A stretch of DNA of 10,889 bases from Promethearchaeota archaeon (GTDB lineage: Archaea; Asgardarchaeota; Lokiarchaeia; Sigyniarchaeales; SOKP01): NCBI GenBank assembly GCA_004524535.1, contig SDNY01000120.1:1-10889 (forward strand). Reading direction: 5' to 3'. Both the position numbers and the translations under genes were made by a program. The notes under the pieces were generated by a model, which searched no databases, was not told where the DNA came from, and saw only the letters and a program-made list of their open reading frames with translations. This document shows, piece by piece, positions 7,121 through 10,889 of this stretch; within the stretch, counting starts at the first letter, position 1, and each line of letters opens with the position of its first letter.

Positions 7121-7146
7121 TTTAAAATTTCTATAGAATTTTTAAA
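7121..7146. promoter_or_regulatory. 26-bp near-perfect palindrome, candidate operator
   Basis: tttaaaatttctatagaatttttaaa: 12 of 13 positions pair around the centre of ctatag. Confidence 0.4.
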
Positions 7147-7265
7147 TTAGCTTCAAAATTATATTTATAATATATTCTTCAGGAGAAAAAAAAAACACAT
7201 ATTGAACTTCTTCTTTTATCTTTCATTAATTTTCCAGACACTTATGATTTAAATTAATAAAATTT

Positions 7266-7968
7266 ATGAGTATCCAAATGCAGTCTAAAGATTTTTTAGA
7301 TTCAAAAGATATAAGAAAAGACAGAACAAAGACTGTTCAAGGCAATAATAATTTAGATTCAGATCCCAATTCTTTGAAATGCCAAGAGTGCGGATCCACA
7401 ATTATAAAGAATTCAGAGCTTGGGGAGTCTTGCTGTTCAAAATGTGGGCTAATCACACAAGAGAAGGAAATAGAAAAAAAAGGAAACAAACAATTATAAT
7501 TTAAAAAGAAGCGTTAAACATAATAGGCATCCATCTAATAGAGTCCGTCAATTGAGAACTGGATTTTCGGAGATATTACGAATTGGAAATAATCTTGGTT
7601 TATCATCTCAGGTTATGAATGAAGCACAACTTCTCTTTGTGAAGGCTTACAATAAGAAATTACTAATAGGTAGGGGCGCCATCAAGATTGCGGTAGCAAG
7701 TTTATATATTGCTTGTCGGAGAATTGGTATATTAAAAACCTTTAAGGATTTAATAGATAGACCAGAATTGAATCCTAAATCAATTAAGAAAACAGTAACT
7801 ACATTAATTCTCTCATTTAACTTAAAACTTCAGACTTCTCAACCTAGTTTCTTTGTTTCTTCTTTTATCTCCCAATTGTTCCTTTCTTTATCTTACTCCA
7901 TATTTCAAGAAATTTTTCCACGCATTTTTCCTTTAAAGCATCGCCATCAGGCAGATCACAAATTTTGA
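7266..7968 (+). pseudogene. tfb: Divergent transcription factor B (TFB/TFIIB) homologue, frameshifted and C-terminally truncated
   Basis: 7266-7499 encodes the TFB zinc ribbon (CQECGS...GESCCSKCGLI). The +1 frame, open from 7474, encodes cyclin repeat 1 (LGLS...KAYNKKLLIGRG...ASLYIACRR...KTFKDL...P.FFVSSFISQLFLS). One fewer A in the A8 run at 7474-7481 fuses them. Similarity ends at about 7887 and cyclin repeat 2 is missing. Confidence 0.8.
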
Positions 7969-8215
7969 CAATCTTATCATAATAGAATTCAATTTCTCCT
8001 GACATATAAGCAAAACCTTTGTTTTTTCGGTTCTTCAAGATCAATTCTTTATTGTCTTTACGATATTGTTTAGCTCTTTTTTTCATAGCTTCCTTATGAT
8101 TCTCATAATATGTTATTTTCCTGCACTCGTCATTGCAAAATTTTTGCGCGTTATGGGTTTGAATAAAAATTCCCCCGCATCCTACACACGTTTTCAGAGT
8201 TTTTGGAGGTTTCAT
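7865..8215 (-). CDS. Small basic protein with an N-terminal Cys4 zinc finger (CVGCG...FCNDEC) and a Lys/Arg-rich helix; possibly 3'-truncated
   Basis: 116 aa. CxxC...FCxxxC followed by YYENHKEAMKKRAKQYRKDNKE, a pattern common in virus and mobile-element proteins. TTTTTC-TTTATAAAT upstream at 8255-8269. Overlaps the tail of the TFB ORF. Confidence 0.65.
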   Translation of the reverse strand: MKPPKTLKTCVGCGGIFIQTHNAQKFCNDECRKITYYENHKEAMKKRAKQYRKDNKELILKNRKNKGFAYMSGEIEFYYDKIVKICDLPDGDALKEKCVEKFLEIWSKIKKGTIGR

Positions 8216-8429
8216 TTTTTACACGTTTTTTATTTATTATCGTATAATCCATTTATTTATAAAGAAAAATTTTTCTTCTCTCAGAAAATAAGTTTCAAAA
8301 TCGGATCATAAAGACAATTTTTACAAATTCTTGAATTATCTTTTTCAAAAATTTTACATACTCTTTTCTTTTATATAATCAAGATGATTACCAATTTTAT
8401 CAAGATATAATTTTCAGAGAGAGTGTAGT

Positions 8430-10340
8430 ATGACAGAAAACCAGACATCCAAAGATTTTGATAGTAAGAAAGAAAAAATTGAGTATTTAGTGAAAGAGAT
8501 TCAAAGACACCGCGATTTATACTATAATGACATTCCAGAGATTTCCGATGCTAAATATGATTTATTGGAAGATGAACTTAGAAAATTAGATCCAAGCAAC
8601 CCTATACTTACCACGATAGGAGAGGACAGTTCAGAGCTTTTCGAGAAAAAAGAGCATATTATTCCAATGGGTTCACAAGATAAGGTAACCACGCCGGAAG
8701 ACTTCTTAAAATGGGCAAGAAAAAGGCAACTTCCAAAATACATCATTCAATTCAAACTAGATGGGATAAGTATAGAACTTCAATATGACAAAGGCACTTT
8801 CATTCGAGCAGTTACCAGAGGAGATGGAAATGTCGGAGATGACGTGTCGGCAAATGTAAAAAAAATGGAAGGATTTTTACCTCACCTTAATTCCAATTTT
8901 ACTGGGGCCACAAGAGCAGAGATTTTATTATTTCACGATATTTTTGAGAAGAAATATTCTGATAAACAGAATTGTAGAAATGCTGCGGCAGGGATAGTAC
9001 GGAGAAAAGACGGAAAAGGCTGTGAAGATTTAAACCTTATTCATTATGATTCTATTTCTTTAGATGAAAATGTAGAGTTCACTTCTGAAATTAACAAGCT
9101 GAAATGGTTAAAGGAAGAGGGATTTCCCACAATAAAGACAAAGACAGTTAAAACCCCCCAAGAAGTTATTTCAGTGAGAGAAGAAGTTATGAACAAAACC
9201 CGGGATATGCTAGAATACGATATTGATGGGCTGGTGATAAAAGGAAATAAGATCGATTTAGAAGATATGAAGAGAGCAAGACCTATGAAACAGATCGCGT
9301 TTAAGTTTCACGCAGAAGAGATTGAAACCACCTTATTAGATGTCGAATGGAGTATTAGCGGGGCAAATTATACTCCTGTGGCTATCGTGGAAACCGTGAA
9401 TTTAATGGGAACAAATGTAAGTCGAGCCAGCCTTGCCAACCCCAATTTAATCGAGGAACTTAACCTAAAAATCGGCAGTGAAGTGGTTATAAGTAAAAGA
9501 GGAGATATTATCCCCAAGATTGAGAGAGTTATCAAGACACCACCCAATGCGAAAGACATAAATACGCCTGGGATCTGTGAAGTCTGTAAAACCGACCTTA
9601 TAAATGAAGGTACAAGATTATACTGCCCAAATGAAGAGTGCCCTAAAAGGCAGTATCATAGAATAACAAAATGGATAAAGAAATTGGATATTAAACACTT
9701 TAGCGAGAAATTAATGCTGAAAAAATTATTTGATACAGGGAAAGTCAGAAAGATCTCTGATCTCTATTCATTGAAAGTTTCGGATCTTACTAAATTTGAG
9801 GGAGTTAAGGAAACCTCTGCGAAAAAGGCATTAGACAACCTATATTCTGTTAAAGAAGTTCCATTGGCAAAATTTATTGCCGGGTTTGATGTGGAAAACA
9901 TTGGAGAAAGAATCGTGGTTAAAGCAGTGAATGATAGGTTTGGTTCCCTTGAGAAAATTTACAACGCCACAATACAAGACTTATCGAGAGTGGAAGGGTT
10001 CGCACACATCACAGCCAAGAATCTATATGACGGATTACATAAATTGTATCCTGATATGGTTGAATTATTAAATACAAACAAAATAAAAATTAAGGAGATT
10101 AGTATGTCAGGCAAATTAGAAGGGAAGAGTTTTTGTTTTACGGGCAAATTGGAAACAATGAAAAGGGCAGAGGCAGAGCAGATTGTTATCGAGAACGGAG
10201 GAGAGCCAAAGAAAAGCGTCGTGAAAGATTTATCCTATTTGGTGACAAACGAAACCACGCCTACCGCTAAATATAAAAAAGCCCAAGAACAAGACACTCA
10301 AATAATTTCAGAAAAAGAATTTTTGGATATGGTCAAATAA
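8430..10340 (+). CDS. ligA: NAD+-dependent DNA ligase
   Basis: Domain Ia (YYNDIPEISDAKYDLL), motif I KLDG, AVTRGDG..GDDVS.N, NCRNAAAG, YDIDGLVIK, AFKF, OB fold (RASLAN, KRGDIIPKI), Cys4 finger (CEVC...CPNEEC), HhH motifs and a C-terminal BRCT (GKSFCFTG). Confidence 0.98.
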   Translation: MTENQTSKDFDSKKEKIEYLVKEIQRHRDLYYNDIPEISDAKYDLLEDELRKLDPSNPILTTIGEDSSELFEKKEHIIPMGSQDKVTTPEDFLKWARKRQLPKYIIQFKLDGISIELQYDKGTFIRAVTRGDGNVGDDVSANVKKMEGFLPHLNSNFTGATRAEILLFHDIFEKKYSDKQNCRNAAAGIVRRKDGKGCEDLNLIHYDSISLDENVEFTSEINKLKWLKEEGFPTIKTKTVKTPQEVISVREEVMNKTRDMLEYDIDGLVIKGNKIDLEDMKRARPMKQIAFKFHAEEIETTLLDVEWSISGANYTPVAIVETVNLMGTNVSRASLANPNLIEELNLKIGSEVVISKRGDIIPKIERVIKTPPNAKDINTPGICEVCKTDLINEGTRLYCPNEECPKRQYHRITKWIKKLDIKHFSEKLMLKKLFDTGKVRKISDLYSLKVSDLTKFEGVKETSAKKALDNLYSVKEVPLAKFIAGFDVENIGERIVVKAVNDRFGSLEKIYNATIQDLSRVEGFAHITAKNLYDGLHKLYPDMVELLNTNKIKIKEISMSGKLEGKSFCFTGKLETMKRAEAEQIVIENGGEPKKSVVKDLSYLVTNETTPTAKYKKAQEQDTQIISEKEFLDMVK

Positions 10341-10345
10341 TCTAT

Positions 10346-10394
10346 ATTTTTCTTTTTTTTCATTTTATATTTCTTTCTTTTTTTTCTTTTCTTT
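10346..10394 (+). terminator. Long T-rich tract downstream of ligA, candidate archaeal terminator
   Basis: Several oligo-T runs directly after the TAA at 10340. Confidence 0.55.
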
Positions 10395-10665
10395 AAATAA
10401 ATAGAATGTTTAATATCTGTAAACATTTTTTCTTTAGTCATATAATTCTTAATAAAAATTAGCAGGTTTTCAGGGACTATTGACTATGAGGACGATTATA
10501 CTGAAACTATTGATAAAAAAAGAGTTTCTTAAAATTTCAGCGTTATTTATTAGACAGAGTAAAGTAAAAAAATTAAGAAATCAGAATATTCCGCCAGAAG
10601 TGTTCTTGTAGGATTTTCAGAGTATTTGTGGTCAGGATTGGAGTGCGTGAGATGAAGGAATATAT

Positions 10666-10730
10666 ATAAATTCTTTCTCTACTTTTTCTTTTTTAAGAAT
10701 AAAAAAATTTTCTTAATTTATGGATATTAA
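10666..10730 (+). repeat. 65-bp exact direct repeat, right copy (attR-like), containing the start codon of the downstream gene
   Basis: Identical to 83-147; ATG at 10720-10722. Confidence 0.97.
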
Positions 10731-10889
10731 GACCGAATTTGAGAAGTTATATCAATATTGGCTTAATGAATTTAATAATAAAGATTTGACTCATTTAACT
10801 AAAGAACTGTTTAAAGAATTTAAACAAACTCTTCAAATTCTTAATAATACAAAATTAAATGAAGTAGAAAATAATAAAATAAAATCCAA
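10720..10889 (+). CDS. 5' part of a probable GINS subunit (Gins15/Gins51 type), running off the window end
   Basis: Not in the ORF track. Reads MDIKTEFEKLYQYWLNEFNNKDLTHLTKELFKEFKQTLQILNNTKLNEVENNKIKS..., resembling the 'eLy..W..E.....L..L...Fy' N-terminus of GINS A-domains. Synteny with a priS-like gene supports the call. Confidence 0.6.
   Translation, partial: MDIKTEFEKLYQYWLNEFNNKDLTHLTKELFKEFKQTLQILNNTKLNEVENNKIKS

Larger units (their letters stand above)
83..10730. mobile_element. Putative genomic island or integrated segment (10,583 bp between equivalent repeat positions) inserted between priS-like and gins-like genes
   Basis: Flanked by exact 65-bp direct repeats. Removing it leaves the priS-like stop (75) 61 nt from the gins-like ATG. 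It contains gene fragments and accessory genes. No integrase or transposase was recognised. Confidence 0.6.

Noticed and set aside
4670-7890. A single inversion explaining both junctions
   Set aside because: I found no inverted repeats shared by the two breakpoints, and re-inverting would fuse TFB to the toxin-like ORF, which is implausible.
8066-10147. ORFs 8066-8311 (+), 8522-8746, 9368-9559 and 9959-10147 (-)
   Set aside because: Antisense to the zinc-finger gene or to ligA.
359-10598. 11-bp repeat attccgccaga at 359-369 and 10588-10598, near both island ends
   Set aside because: Matches of this length are expected by chance in 11 kb, and the flanks do not extend.
10487-10609. Short plus-strand ORF (~41 aa, MRTIILKLL...PPEVFL) between ligA and the right repeat
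   Set aside because: Too short and featureless to support; it may be a gene remnant.
1-10889. CRISPR array, integrase, transposase, capsid or reverse transcriptase genes
   Set aside because: No regularly spaced repeat-spacer units and no recognisable catalytic motifs in any ORF.

Overview
AT-rich archaeal DNA, most consistent with an Asgard (Lokiarchaeia-like) genome. That is inferred from a TFB homologue, TATA-type promoters, an LRR protein and a ubiquitin-like domain. An exact 65-bp direct repeat (83-147 and 10666-10730) brackets a ~10.6-kb block. The block separates what look like the 3' end of priS and the 5' end of a GINS (gins15/51) gene, which are adjacent in many archaea, so it looks like an insertion or island, although no integrase is visible inside. 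It carries: an LRR protein; a 1077-aa, probably 5'-truncated protein (hydrophobic helices, an embedded ubiquitin-like domain and a C-terminal PD-(D/E)XK-like nuclease) resembling a polymorphic toxin; a headless ORF; several small Cys4 zinc-binding proteins; a possible Whirly/PC4-like protein; a frameshifted and truncated TFB; a ~120-nt structured-RNA candidate; and an intact NAD+-dependent DNA ligase (ligA). All family calls come from reading motifs by eye, not from database searches.
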